64,000 nucleotides of DNA from Candidatus Stahliibacteriota bacterium (GTDB lineage Bacteria > Hydrothermota > Tepidihabitantia > B3-TA06). The stretch lies in NCBI GenBank assembly GCA_004375895.1, contig SOJW01000035.1:42264-106263 (forward strand), written 5' to 3'. The notes beneath the pieces are model-generated. The model ran no database searches, was not told where the DNA came from, and saw only the letters and a program-made list of their open reading frames with translations. Position numbers and translations under genes: made by a program. Position 1 is the first letter of the stretch. Each line of letters starts with the position of its first letter. Positions 33,391 through 42,722 of the stretch are shown here, piece by piece.

Positions 33391-33810
33391 TTATTTCGCG
33401 TGCTTGGCGATCTCCGTCTTGAGCCAGGTGGCAGCCGCTTCGCCGTGCATCAGAGCGTCAACCTCAGCGGGATCGGCTGGTTTCATGGTAAATATCCAGC
33501 CCGCCCCGTAGGGGTCGGAGTTCACAAGGCTGGGATCGTCCTCCAGCTCGGAGTTCGTCTCAACAATCTCTCCGGCCACAGGTGCGTAGATCTTGCCCAT
33601 CCACTTGCCGGTCTCGTATGAGCCAATCACTTCATCTGCCTGGGCCTCAGAGGAGGTCTCAGGCAGTTCGATGAAGGAGAGCTCACCGGAAAGCTTCTGG
33701 CTGAAGTCGTTGAGGCCAACACGGATAACGTCGCCTTCCTTACGAACCCACATGTGTTCCTTGTGATAGTATAGTTCGTCGGGAAGATTGTATCCTTCTA
33801 TCTCCGCCAT
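33391..33810 (-). CDS. Glycine cleavage H-like lipoyl carrier protein
   Basis: LYYHKEHMW, VGLNDF, YETGKW lipoyl-Lys, NSDPYG.GWI; no gcvT/gcvP in the window. Confidence 0.9.
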   Translation of the reverse strand: MAEIEGYNLPDELYYHKEHMWVRKEGDVIRVGLNDFSQKLSGELSFIELPETSSEAQADEVIGSYETGKWMGKIYAPVAGEIVETNSELEDDPSLVNSDPYGAGWIFTMKPADPAEVDALMHGEAAATWLKTEIAKHAK

Positions 33811-33834
33811 CTTGCCTCCTTAAAGATTGCGATC

Positions 33835-34128
33835 TTACGATATGATGTGCTTTGCTTCTTCGATGAGTGATGTTAACCCATCGTAGTTGACTGTTTTTCC
33901 CTCCGGCGCGGTAAGGCCGCGAGCCGCCAGATCCTCAGCAAGAAACCGGACGGTAACGCCGGCCGATTCCATCTCGGAGAGTTTCCGAGAGAGTTCTTTC
34001 GGCCCCTGCACTGCAAGCACCGCATCCTGGGCAAAGCAGATGGTGTCGCCTCGCTTGGCCAGACGGGCAGCCAGCTGCCACGCCGTGCGCTCAAAGGTAG
34101 AGCGGGTTACGAGATAAAGATTCTCCAT
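33835..34128 (-). CDS. DsrH/TusB-like sulfur relay subunit
   Basis: QDAV, LAEDLAARGL, VNYDG. Confidence 0.8.
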   Translation of the reverse strand: MENLYLVTRSTFERTAWQLAARLAKRGDTICFAQDAVLAVQGPKELSRKLSEMESAGVTVRFLAEDLAARGLTAPEGKTVNYDGLTSLIEEAKHIIS

Positions 34129-34136
34129 GCCTCCGC

Positions 34137-34496
34137 CTAATTAAAGGTTATCACGTGGTCGACCGAGGAGATCAACCTACGCAGTTTTTCATCATCTAAG
34201 ACCTCGGCCTCGATACAAGCATCAGGAGAAATACCGTGATCGGCCAGGGACGGGTGGTGAAGGTAAAGCTTTGCCCCGAGCCCTGGTAATTGCGCGTATA
34301 AGTCTACGAGATTATTCATATCGAGTACTTCCGGACTTTGGTTTTTGAGGGCAACCATCACTCCGTCGTCTACAAGGACAACGTGCGTTTGGATTCCCAT
34401 ACTCACGAGACCAATCAATGCGCGGAAACCCTCGCCAGCTGTGGCCATCCCGTAAGGAGCCGAACGGATGAGGACGGCTACCTTCTTTGCTTCCAT
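34137..34496 (-). CDS. DsrF/TusC-like sulfur relay subunit
   Basis: RSAPYG...AGEG.R, DDGV, SL..HG. Confidence 0.8.
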   Translation of the reverse strand: MEAKKVAVLIRSAPYGMATAGEGFRALIGLVSMGIQTHVVLVDDGVMVALKNQSPEVLDMNNLVDLYAQLPGLGAKLYLHHPSLADHGISPDACIEAEVLDDEKLRRLISSVDHVITFN

Positions 34497-34498
34497 GA

Positions 34499-34849
34499 CT
34501 AGAATCCAAAGGAGAGAAAACGGTCGCACTCCTTGACGTAGTTGGAGAACACGACCATACCCGCAAGTTTTGTGCCTTCAATGATGTCGGTCCTCTTCAA
34601 ACCTCGGAACTTTGCACACGTGCCGCACGCCTTTATCTTTGCACCTTTCTGAGCAAGTTCAGCCATCATCTCGGCAAGGTTACGTTCCTGGGGAGACTGT
34701 ATTTCTTTGTCAAGATTGAAGACCCCGTCTTCGTAGAGAAACATCCTTACCTCGTGCCCCCTGGCCAAAAATCGACTGGCCAGTTGGTAGCAGGTGTCTA
34801 CGTTCTGAGACGTGTAAGGGCCTGTTCGCAGAAGAAAACCGACAGTCAT
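34499..34849 (-). CDS. DsrE/TusD-like sulfur relay subunit
   Basis: TGPY, FLYEDGV, CGTCAKFRG. Confidence 0.85.
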   Translation of the reverse strand: MTVGFLLRTGPYTSQNVDTCYQLASRFLARGHEVRMFLYEDGVFNLDKEIQSPQERNLAEMMAELAQKGAKIKACGTCAKFRGLKRTDIIEGTKLAGMVVFSNYVKECDRFLSFGF

Positions 34850-34873
34850 CTATCCATCAGGGTTGAAAGTCCT

Positions 34874-35104
34874 TTAGACCTTTCGACGGATGTAGAATTT
34901 TAATGTATCACCCTCTTCCTCCATACCCAGAAACTCGTTCCCTGTCTGATCGCACCATGCGGGGAAGTCCTCGCGCGCCCCTTCATCGTCGGACAGAACC
35001 TCAAGAACCTCGCTCATATCAACCTCTTTTATCTTCTGGGCGGTCTTGAGCACAGGTATGGGGCAAAGCATCCCTCGCGCGTCAAATGTGTGGTCTTTAT
35101 CCAT
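34874..35104 (-). CDS. tusA: TusA family sulfurtransferase
   Basis: DARGMLCPIP, LEVLSDD, D.PAWC..TG. Confidence 0.92.
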   Translation of the reverse strand: MDKDHTFDARGMLCPIPVLKTAQKIKEVDMSEVLEVLSDDEGAREDFPAWCDQTGNEFLGMEEEGDTLKFYIRRKV

Positions 35105-35130
35105 TTCTGTTCTCCCTCCTACAAACAGAT

Positions 35131-35526
35131 CTAGGTTGCCTCTTTGGGGGGATCGAACTCATCCAAAGCCTGCATCAGGTATCCTATGTATTCAAAAACC
35201 GGCCCGCCGCCCATGGCAAGTGCGATGTTGGCCGCATCCAGGATCTCGGCGCGCGTACACCCCACCTGGACGCAGATCTGGGTATGCAGGTTGATGCAGG
35301 GGCGGCAGTGCTGGACCAGAACTATCGCCAGTTGCATCAGCTCCTTGTACTTCGTGGGTACCGTGCTTTCTTCCTTGGTCTTGCGCCAGAACTGCATGAA
35401 TGCGGCAGCTGCATCACTCGCCTCTCTTCTGTATCTTGCCTGAGCCTTGTTGATCTGGCTCTGTTCTGATTCTTTGGAAAGGTGTGTGTTACGGGTGTGG
35501 GTGTTACTGGGGGTCACGACGGCCAC
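35131..35526 (-). CDS. Carboxymuconolactone decarboxylase/AhpD-like protein
   Basis: KYKEL, CRPCINLH, G.TRAEI.DA, MGGGP; N-terminus contains the GTAACAC repeat. Confidence 0.85.
   Translation of the reverse strand: MAVVTPSNTHTRNTHLSKESEQSQINKAQARYRREASDAAAAFMQFWRKTKEESTVPTKYKELMQLAIVLVQHCRPCINLHTQICVQVGCTRAEILDAANIALAMGGGPVFEYIGYLMQALDEFDPPKEAT
35481..35514. repeat. GTGTTACGGG-family repeat in the 5' end of the CMD gene
   Basis: GGTGTGTGTTACGGGTGTGGGTGTTACTGGGGGT, read as PSNTHTRNTH. Confidence 0.8.
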
Positions 35527-35750
35527 TCCTCGGCCTTGGCCCGGAGAAGATCACGCAGATTGTCAAGCGAGGAAAGGAGTTCTTCGTCTAAGATATCTGC
35601 ATCTATCTTATCGGGATCGAAGAGCTTGCCGTCAATCTGAAAGGTCATAAGCTCAGGAATCATCTCGGCACCCCTCACCCCTTCCCGTACCAGGAAGAGA
35701 GCGTGCCCTAATGGGATGTCGTCTTCGAACTCAGCCGGCAGGTTTTTCAC
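35514..35750 (-). CDS. Small acidic hypothetical protein within the hdr operon
   Basis: 78-aa ORF overlapping both neighbours; GGAG upstream. Confidence 0.55.
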   Translation of the reverse strand: MKNLPAEFEDDIPLGHALFLVREGVRGAEMIPELMTFQIDGKLFDPDKIDADILDEELLSSLDNLRDLLRAKAEEWPS

Positions 35751-36636
35751 TTACAGCTCCGATCCGCTCAAGGATCTTGGTGGGTTTAACACGGTTGATC
35801 TTGAAGCCCAGCTCGTCAGGGGTGTAGCCAAGAGCCAGTCCCAGAAGCTGGGTATAGTAAATGCAGGGCATCGCGAACTTCTGCTCAAGCTCCTTCTCAA
35901 TCTTTTTCTGGTTCTGCTCGTACATCACGTTGCAGAACGGACAGATAAGTATCATCGCCTCGGAGCCTGAATCCTTGATGCTAGCCAGTTTCTTGCCCGC
36001 CATGGCGTAAGCCACGTCCACCCGAATACCGAGTATGGCACCGCCGCAGCAGAGTTCCCGCTCCGAGTATGGATTGCTACGAGCGCCGGTGGCGTTGATT
36101 AAATCGTCGTAGACGTGGGGATTTTCGGGATCATCGAAATTCTCGAACGCCTCGGATGGTTTGAAGAAGTGGCATCCGGGGTGGGCGGCTACTGGTAAGG
36201 ACTGAAGATCGACCTTGACCTCTTGTTTGATGCGCTCGATCCCGATGTCCTCATATAGTACCCGGGCGAAGTGGCGGACGTTTACTGTACCCTTGTATTC
36301 CAGGTCTTCCTTTTTGAGGATCTCATTGACCTGGGCCAGCTTCTTGACATCGTGCTTCAGCTGGTGATTGGCTTCCACCTGTGTGCCTGTGCACGCGGTG
36401 CATAAAGTGACCATGTCCAGCCCCTGCTTCTCGGCCAGGGCCAGATTGCGGGCGGCCATGACTAAGGAAGAGCGCTGATCCACGGATTTGATAGGGAAGC
36501 CGCAGCAGGTAAAGGAGGGGATGTCAACGAGCTCGATACCGAAGTGCTTGGCGATAAGTCGGGCGGAGAGCTCGTAGTTCTGCGCGCGAACAGGAACGGT
36601 GCAGCCCAGATAGAGGGCGAACTTCTTTTTACTCAT
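35731..36636 (-). CDS. hdrB: Heterodisulfide reductase subunit B-like
   Basis: Two CCG domains: YLGC..CCGFP..CTAC and HPGC..CCGGA..CPFC. Confidence 0.93.
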   Translation of the reverse strand: MSKKKFALYLGCTVPVRAQNYELSARLIAKHFGIELVDIPSFTCCGFPIKSVDQRSSLVMAARNLALAEKQGLDMVTLCTACTGTQVEANHQLKHDVKKLAQVNEILKKEDLEYKGTVNVRHFARVLYEDIGIERIKQEVKVDLQSLPVAAHPGCHFFKPSEAFENFDDPENPHVYDDLINATGARSNPYSERELCCGGAILGIRVDVAYAMAGKKLASIKDSGSEAMILICPFCNVMYEQNQKKIEKELEQKFAMPCIYYTQLLGLALGYTPDELGFKINRVKPTKILERIGAVSEKPAG

Positions 36637-37255
36637 CTTTGCTTCCCTCAGGTTTAGTTGTAGCTCCTGCGTCGGCATCGGTGGATGCACTGCCAGCCTC
36701 TTTTGCTTCGCTGGAGTATAGGTACAGACCGGTGGCCTTGAAGATGGTCTTTATGGGATCGGGTGATTCGGTAAGTTCGGGCAGTTCTATCTTGGCCCGC
36801 TTCTTGTTGACGAACGCATCCGCTTCATACAGTCTGCCGTGTCCTTGAATTAAATCTATCTGTGCGGTGAACGCGGGATGGATGTAGCCGTTCTTCACGG
36901 CAAGGTTCTTCAAAGCGTTCATCATCTCGGTGATACGCACGTCCTGTGGACAGCGCTCGTGGCAGGCATAGCAGGTCGAGCAGAGCCAGACGAACTCGGA
37001 TGCCAGGACCTGTTCCTTCATACCCAGCAACGCCATGTGGATAATGCGTCGGGGGTTGAAGGTCTCCTCGATTGAGCGGACCGGACAGGATGCGGTGCAG
37101 GTTCCGCACGCATAGCACCGGGTGATGAACTCCCCCGAAGGCTCGGCCTGAATCTCGTATTTGAAGTTGGGGTCTAATTCATCAAATTTGATCACTTTCG
37201 GTTCCTTGGCCTTGGTGACCTCATCAACCGCTTCCGCGTCTTGGTTTTCGTTCAT
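36629..37255 (-). CDS. hdrC: Heterodisulfide reductase subunit C-like
   Basis: CYACGTCTASCP and WLCSTCYACHERCPQ. Confidence 0.93.
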   Translation of the reverse strand: MNENQDAEAVDEVTKAKEPKVIKFDELDPNFKYEIQAEPSGEFITRCYACGTCTASCPVRSIEETFNPRRIIHMALLGMKEQVLASEFVWLCSTCYACHERCPQDVRITEMMNALKNLAVKNGYIHPAFTAQIDLIQGHGRLYEADAFVNKKRAKIELPELTESPDPIKTIFKATGLYLYSSEAKEAGSASTDADAGATTKPEGSKDE

Positions 37256-37289
37256 GACCTTATCTTCTTCCAAAATTTCTCCACAATCT

Positions 37290-38162
37290 CTAATACTCGT
37301 GGGGCAGGCCTTCGAGTTGGTCGAGGGAAAATACCGGCCCATCTTTACAGACATAATAAGGACCAATGTTGCAGCGGCCGCACTTGCCTATCCCGCACTT
37401 CATCCGGCGCTCAAGAGATGTGTAGATCTGATCGGGTTTGAACCCCAGCTTGGTTACCACCGGCAGGGTGTAGCGGATCATTGCAGGCGGCCCGCACATG
37501 AGAAGAAACGCGTTATCGGGGGATGGAGCGATTTGTTGAGTGACTGTCGGAACGAATCCGACCAGACCGCCCCACCCCTGGGACTCGGTGTCCACGGTCA
37601 GGTGGATGGGCAGATCGTCGCGCTTGGACCACTCGGCAAGCTCGTCTTTATAGAGCAGCATCCCCGGGGTGCGCGCACCGTAGATAACGGTAACGTCGGC
37701 GTAGTCTGCGCGATGCCCGTCAAGAAGCCAGCGGATGACCGACCGCAGGGTGGTGAACGCGAACCCGCCGGAGACGATCACCAGGTTATGCCCCTTGTAC
37801 TTCTCAAGGGGATACCAGTTGCCCAACGGCCCGCGCATGCCGATCGGAGTGCCGACTTCAAGCTGGTGCATGGTGTTTGTGACCAAACCAGCGCGATTTA
37901 CGGTGAAGCGCACGTAGTCTTGCTCGGTGGGTGCCGACGCGATACCGAAAGGCGCTTCACCCTTGCCTAAGATAGAAACCTCGCAGAACTGACCGGGCAG
38001 AAACTGGAAAGATTCCTTGTCTTCGGGGTCTACGAACTCCAGGTCAAACGTCTTAAGCATCCCGTCCTCGGACTCCACACGTATATCTTTGATTCGCATG
38101 GGCACAGGCAGGTAAGGATTCGAGCGCTTGAAGAAAAGCTTCACCGCAGGAGATTGTTCCAT
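37290..38162 (-). CDS. FAD/NAD(P)-binding [2Fe-2S] oxidoreductase (FlxA/AsrB/hydrogenase gamma family)
   Basis: PGQF, GEAPF.I.S, RGPLGN, CGPP.M, RMKCGIGKCGRC..CKDGPVF. Confidence 0.92.
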   Translation of the reverse strand: MEQSPAVKLFFKRSNPYLPVPMRIKDIRVESEDGMLKTFDLEFVDPEDKESFQFLPGQFCEVSILGKGEAPFGIASAPTEQDYVRFTVNRAGLVTNTMHQLEVGTPIGMRGPLGNWYPLEKYKGHNLVIVSGGFAFTTLRSVIRWLLDGHRADYADVTVIYGARTPGMLLYKDELAEWSKRDDLPIHLTVDTESQGWGGLVGFVPTVTQQIAPSPDNAFLLMCGPPAMIRYTLPVVTKLGFKPDQIYTSLERRMKCGIGKCGRCNIGPYYVCKDGPVFSLDQLEGLPHEY

Positions 38163-38170
38163 TAGGGCTG

Positions 38171-38198
38171 ATTATAGGAAAATGAGCATAGATGTCAA
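38171..38198 (-). promoter_or_regulatory. Promoter of the flx/hdr/tus operon
   Basis: TTGACA-16-TATAAT, 8 nt before the ATG. Confidence 0.75.
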
Positions 38199-38373
38199 TG
38201 AGGAAGAGTCCTTAAGTCAGGTTTGAGTCCTACTCGTCAGGTTTGAATGCAATTCGGCGCATTTTTTGCGCGAAATTTGACGGTTTTGGGGGAATGGAAG
38301 GCCGGATAATGTTTCGGAAACACATATTGACAATAGAATATACTTCCTTACACTATTCTTAGAAGGAGGTTTT

Positions 38374-39021
38374 ATGCAAAAGAAAATACACCTCATCACC
38401 CTCTCACTTATCCTTATCGGAGGGATATGGATGACCCGCTGCGTATCCCCTTACTACGGCACGGCAAGGATAGAGCCGGGATGGCAGCTTGATACCGGTC
38501 TAGGACTGCATACCACCCTGATTCCGGTGCTTGACGGTGGTGACCCCGTTTATGGTGTCGGCATACGCTGCGACGGTGAAATAGGTTACGGTTTGGATAA
38601 GTACGTAAAACCCTACGCGAGAGCTGCGCTGGGCCTTAACACAGCCTACATAGGATACGCGGACATTGGTTTAGGCCTTCAAGTGGCTCTGCCGGTATGG
38701 ATATTCACCCCTGCGGTAAAACTTGAGATCAACTCCACTTGGATACAGCCCACCTTTTCCCCGGTCGTTCTATTAGGAATTGGCAAAAGTGAGTGGGTTA
38801 CCCTTGGGGCTAAAACCTATTTTTTCCCCTTCGCTGATTCGAACTACCCCAGATTTCTGGACGTATTTACCACCGTCCACATCTCTCCCCGCTGGTCAAT
38901 ATTCGCTGGTGCCGAGATTAACTCCTTCATTGATACCTTCGAAGACGGCAACGGCTACCCCTTCTTCACGGTGGGGGCTGGTTACAAGTTCCCGCCCTTC
39001 CGAGGCAAAACAAGGATTTGA
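38374..39021 (+). CDS. Hypothetical exported protein, possible small beta-barrel or lipoprotein
   Basis: Promoter, AAGGAGGT RBS, hydrophobic leader with Cys, G.GYKF terminal strand. Confidence 0.65.
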   Translation: MQKKIHLITLSLILIGGIWMTRCVSPYYGTARIEPGWQLDTGLGLHTTLIPVLDGGDPVYGVGIRCDGEIGYGLDKYVKPYARAALGLNTAYIGYADIGLGLQVALPVWIFTPAVKLEINSTWIQPTFSPVVLLGIGKSEWVTLGAKTYFFPFADSNYPRFLDVFTTVHISPRWSIFAGAEINSFIDTFEDGNGYPFFTVGAGYKFPPFRGKTRI

Positions 39022-39034
39022 GGATTTGAGCAAG

Positions 39035-39100
39035 GTAGTGGCGACTCAGGGCCTGCCCCTTGAGATGTTGTACATCTCATAGGGTATGAGTCGCCACTAC
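39035..39100. repeat. GTAG REP with a nested hairpin element
   Basis: GTAGTGGCGACTCA/TGAGTCGCCACTAC arms enclosing TGCCCCTT-hairpin-ATAGGGTA. Confidence 0.85.
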
Positions 39101-39159
39101 AGATTCCGCGTAATCTGCGGTTTTCATTGCTCCTTTTGGGCGTAGCTCAAAAGGAGCAT

Positions 39160-39738
39160 CTACCAAACGTACCGCAAGCCTATGCCTACTCCGGGCGAGG
39201 CGAAGAAGTAGGGTTCATTGTAGTAATCCCTGCCATAGTAAGACCGCGAAGGCCGTGAATAGAAGCCAGCCTGAAGCTCTGGGGTAACGGAAAGCCACCT
39301 GTCCTTGCCCATCTTGAAGAGGAGCCAGTCAGCTCCCACAATAAAGGCGGTGGAAAGACCCCATTTTGTCTCCAGTGACCACCAGTCCCAGTAATCTTCA
39401 TACTCATAGTCATCCCAGTCTTCAAACCACCCTTTAACATACCATGCGCCCACCCCCGCACCCAGATAAATCCTGAATCGGTTATCCGGGTTCACGATCT
39501 TAAGGATGCGCAGCGCACCGGCCATGTGGTAGGTGGAAGAGCCGGTCTGAGGGTTATCAAACCTTCCGCGGGCCACGATCTCAAAACCAAAGCCCTTCTC
39601 TGAAAGAAGCCGATAGGCAAGGCCTTGTCCAAGGAAGTCGGCCTGCATGCCGATACCCTGTTCAGCAAGGAGGGGCGTGCCAAAGCCGCCAAGCAGCAAA
39701 GAAACCACCATCCCCTTGAGTGCAAGGGTTCTGAACAT
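39160..39738 (-). CDS. Small outer-membrane beta-barrel protein
   Basis: Signal peptide; YLGAGVG; ends GLRYVW. Confidence 0.7.
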   Translation of the reverse strand: MFRTLALKGMVVSLLLGGFGTPLLAEQGIGMQADFLGQGLAYRLLSEKGFGFEIVARGRFDNPQTGSSTYHMAGALRILKIVNPDNRFRIYLGAGVGAWYVKGWFEDWDDYEYEDYWDWWSLETKWGLSTAFIVGADWLLFKMGKDRWLSVTPELQAGFYSRPSRSYYGRDYYNEPYFFASPGVGIGLRYVW

Positions 39739-39746
39739 CTCCCCAC

Positions 39747-40307
39747 CTACCAGTTATAGCTTATCCCGAAACCAATATCAGGGAACCAGAAGCGAGTTTC
39801 TGCTTCCTCGAAGGTCCCGTAGGCACTGGAACTCATATCGCGTCTGTAAAGGAATCCGGATTCGAGCTCGATCCGGAACCTGTCAAGACCTTGATCCTTG
39901 TCTTTGACAAGGATCTGCATAAGGATCTGCAAAGGAGCTATACCGGCTCCCACGTAGATACGTCCACCCAATCCAATATAGCTGCTGGATCCGTAGATCT
40001 CGCCCGTGCTGCCGAAACCCAGCCCGACGTAGGGTGAAAACCACTCGTCCTGTGAGAACATCACCCCGCCCCTGAGGCCGGCGCTGTAGAATATATCCTG
40101 ACCGCCTTCATCGTAGGTAAACACCCCGATACCGTGAGGGGCCACGAACAAAGCAGCCTGCTCCTTTAGCGGGACAAACAGGCGGAACTCAAGCCCGCCC
40201 GAGACCGGATCAACCCTGCCGCCGAATCCGAAACGATAGGATGCCGCGGCAACCGCAGGGATAAGCAATGTGCACACAACGAGTGCAATGGTTATTCTTT
40301 TCAACAT
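39747..40307 (-). CDS. Small outer-membrane beta-barrel protein
   Basis: AAGGAGG RBS; signal peptide; PYVGLGFG; ends GISYNW. Confidence 0.7.
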   Translation of the reverse strand: MLKRITIALVVCTLLIPAVAAASYRFGFGGRVDPVSGGLEFRLFVPLKEQAALFVAPHGIGVFTYDEGGQDIFYSAGLRGGVMFSQDEWFSPYVGLGFGSTGEIYGSSSYIGLGGRIYVGAGIAPLQILMQILVKDKDQGLDRFRIELESGFLYRRDMSSSAYGTFEEAETRFWFPDIGFGISYNW

Positions 40308-40441
40308 GCACGCCTCCTTTTCAATAAGGTAACTATAAGGCTGAACCTGGAAGTTGTCAATACCCCCATCCCGCGCAACCACCAGAGGGGAATCAAAGCA
40401 AGGAGTCTACAAGAAAATACGTCGTGTTTCTTTGGGGTAAA

Positions 40442-41146
40442 TTAAAACCTGAACGCAGTGGAAAGCCCGAACTCCGGATAGAACACTACCCCGTTGGAGG
40501 TCGAACCGAAAAGGATGTTCCAATCCAACCCGGTTCCAAAAAGCCAGCTGAAGCCTTCGGTGTGCACCGCCGCAACTGCGAATCCGAAGTTTAATCTCAT
40601 CCCCATACGGTGCTCCTTCACGTAGTCAATAGCCATCCTGTAGTCGTTGACCAGTATCTTGATGTCCTCAAGCGTGAGGGTATTTATGTACTCCTCGACC
40701 TTAGCCTGGGTTGCCGCCGGGATGAACCAGTTGTTTGTAAACTGGAATCCAAGCGGGAAAAGCACCCTGTCGTTGGCCGCTGAAAAGGATTTCTGCAACC
40801 CCCACGCCCACTGCACGTGCACGTAGGGAATATCCTGAGTGGCGTCGATATCCAAAGGATAGTAAGGGATGTTCTCGATGTGTCCTTTTGCGGTGTAGTT
40901 CTTGTAGTGGACGTTTAGATCTACTGCAAATCCAATGGAGCGCTCGTCCTCAAGCGAAAGTCCGATGTGGAAGAATCCCGGCGGTGGGATGCCTGGCCTT
41001 GAGACCTCCACATGACACCCGGAGTTGGGGTTGGTATAGTCCGCGGAATCAGCACCGATATTGTAAAGCCCTGCGCTGTATCCCAGATCCAGCCCGAACT
41101 GCCAGGGGGCGGAAATAAGAACTAACGATACAATCAAAGCATTCAT
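40442..41146 (-). CDS. Outer-membrane beta-barrel-like protein
   Basis: Signal-like N-terminus; amphipathic strands; ends TAFRF. Confidence 0.6.
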   Translation of the reverse strand: MNALIVSLVLISAPWQFGLDLGYSAGLYNIGADSADYTNPNSGCHVEVSRPGIPPPGFFHIGLSLEDERSIGFAVDLNVHYKNYTAKGHIENIPYYPLDIDATQDIPYVHVQWAWGLQKSFSAANDRVLFPLGFQFTNNWFIPAATQAKVEEYINTLTLEDIKILVNDYRMAIDYVKEHRMGMRLNFGFAVAAVHTEGFSWLFGTGLDWNILFGSTSNGVVFYPEFGLSTAFRF

Positions 41147-41190
41147 AATCGCTCCCTCCGTGTTTGGGAGAGATTATACGGTGAATTATT

Positions 41191-41241
41191 TGGAGTGCAA
41201 CAACCGTGTTGTTGCCGCAATGACATGGTCATTGCACTCCA
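41191..41241. repeat. 51-bp cloverleaf REP-like element
   Basis: TGGAGT/ACTCCA stem with two internal hairpins; relatives at 13584, 31399 and 33156. Confidence 0.85.
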
Positions 41242-41321
41242 TACAACCTACGAAATCCGCGTTAATCTGCGGACGCCTATGGCGAGAACGACTGCTAAGG
41301 AGTTCTCATCTGTGGTTTATA

Positions 41322-42722
41322 TCACCATTTACCGGTCGTCAGATACTCGTGCATAGAGCGGGCGGCTTTGCGGCCTGCGCCCATGGCTAATATCACGGTG
41401 GCCGCACCGGTCACGATGTCCCCGCCGGCCCACACAGCCTTCTTGGTGGTCTTGCCGGTCTCTGCATCGGCCACGATGTAGCCCCACTTGTTAGTCTCAA
41501 GACCGGGGGTGGATGAGGGAACCAGGGGGTTGGCCCCATTGCCGATCGCCACCACCACCGTGTCCACGTCCATCTTGTACTCCGAGCCTTCGATTGGTAC
41601 CGGCCTGCGGCGGCCGGATGCGTCCGGTTCACCCAGCTCCATCTTTAAAAGCTCAACCTGCTTCACGCGCCCGGCCTCGTTGCCTATGTAGCGCACAGGG
41701 TTGACCAGGAAGTTGAATATGACCCCTTCGTCCTCGGCGTTCTCAATCTCTTCGTCACGGGCGGGCATCTCCTTGCGGCTACGGCGGTAGATGATGTGGG
41801 CCTCCTTGGCTCCTAACCGCAGGCTGGAGCGAACCGCGTCCATGGCCACGTTCCCGCCTCCTATTACTATCACACGCTCACCCACCCGGATTGGGGTGTC
41901 GTACTCAGGGAACAGATAGGCCTTCATCAGGTTGATGCGGGTAAGGTACTCGTTCGCCGAGTAGACCCCGACCAGGTTCTCGCCCGGTATGTTCATGAAC
42001 CATGGAAGCCCTGCACCCAGACCAAGGAAGCAAGCCTCGTATCCCATCTCGAAGAGCTCGTCCACCGTAGCGGTACGGCCGACCACGAAGTCAAGCTTGA
42101 GTTCCACGCCTATCTTTTCTAGTATTTCGCACTCGCGCGCCACGATCGCCTTGGGCAGACGGAACTCGGGGATGCCGTAAACCAAAACGCCGCCAGGTTT
42201 GTGCAGCGCTTCGAATAACGTTACCTTGTGTCCCAGCCTGGCCAGGTCCGCTGCCACGGTGAGTCCGCCCGGACCTGAACCGACCACCGCGACCTTGTGA
42301 CCTGTTGGCGGTGCGACCTCTGGCACAGCCATCTTGCCCTCTCTTATCTCCCAGTCGGCAACGAAGCGCTCCAACCGCCCTATTGCGACCGGCTCAAAGC
42401 GTTTAGAGAGAACACAAACTATCTCGCACTGCTCCTCCTGGGGGCAGACACGTCCGCAAACACCGGGCAGAAGGTTGGTCTCGCGTATCTTGGCCAGAGC
42501 GCTCTCGAAATCTCCTTCTGCTACGAGCTCGATGAATACGGGAATATCTATCTCCACCGGGCAGCCCTCTATACAGAAGGGCTTCTTGCACTGGATGCAG
42601 CGCTCGGCCTCCTTTTGGGCAAGTTCGGCGCTAAAGCCTAATGCCACTTCGTTGAAGTTGCGGATACGCTCTTTTGGTCTCTGCTTGGGCATCGCCTGTC
42701 GGGGTATCTTGGTATCAGGCAT
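41322..42722 (-). CDS. nfnB: NfnB/SudA (GltD-like) electron-bifurcating transhydrogenase large subunit
   Basis: RCIQCKKP.C..GCP, CGRVCPQEEQCE, GSGPGG, YGIPEFRLPK, GGGNVAMD. Confidence 0.9.
   Translation of the reverse strand: MPDTKIPRQAMPKQRPKERIRNFNEVALGFSAELAQKEAERCIQCKKPFCIEGCPVEIDIPVFIELVAEGDFESALAKIRETNLLPGVCGRVCPQEEQCEIVCVLSKRFEPVAIGRLERFVADWEIREGKMAVPEVAPPTGHKVAVVGSGPGGLTVAADLARLGHKVTLFEALHKPGGVLVYGIPEFRLPKAIVARECEILEKIGVELKLDFVVGRTATVDELFEMGYEACFLGLGAGLPWFMNIPGENLVGVYSANEYLTRINLMKAYLFPEYDTPIRVGERVIVIGGGNVAMDAVRSSLRLGAKEAHIIYRRSRKEMPARDEEIENAEDEGVIFNFLVNPVRYIGNEAGRVKQVELLKMELGEPDASGRRRPVPIEGSEYKMDVDTVVVAIGNGANPLVPSSTPGLETNKWGYIVADAETGKTTKKAVWAGGDIVTGAATVILAMGAGRKAARSMHEYLTTGKW

Noticed and set aside
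37161..37970. 269-aa plus-strand ORF
   Set aside because: Antisense to well-supported flx/hdr genes
33391..38162. Selenocysteine recoding in the redox operon
   Set aside because: All catalytic positions read as Cys and no in-frame TGA interrupts the genes
41322..42722. Glutamate synthase small subunit
   Set aside because: Paired with an NfnA-like gene and no gltB, so NfnAB fits better
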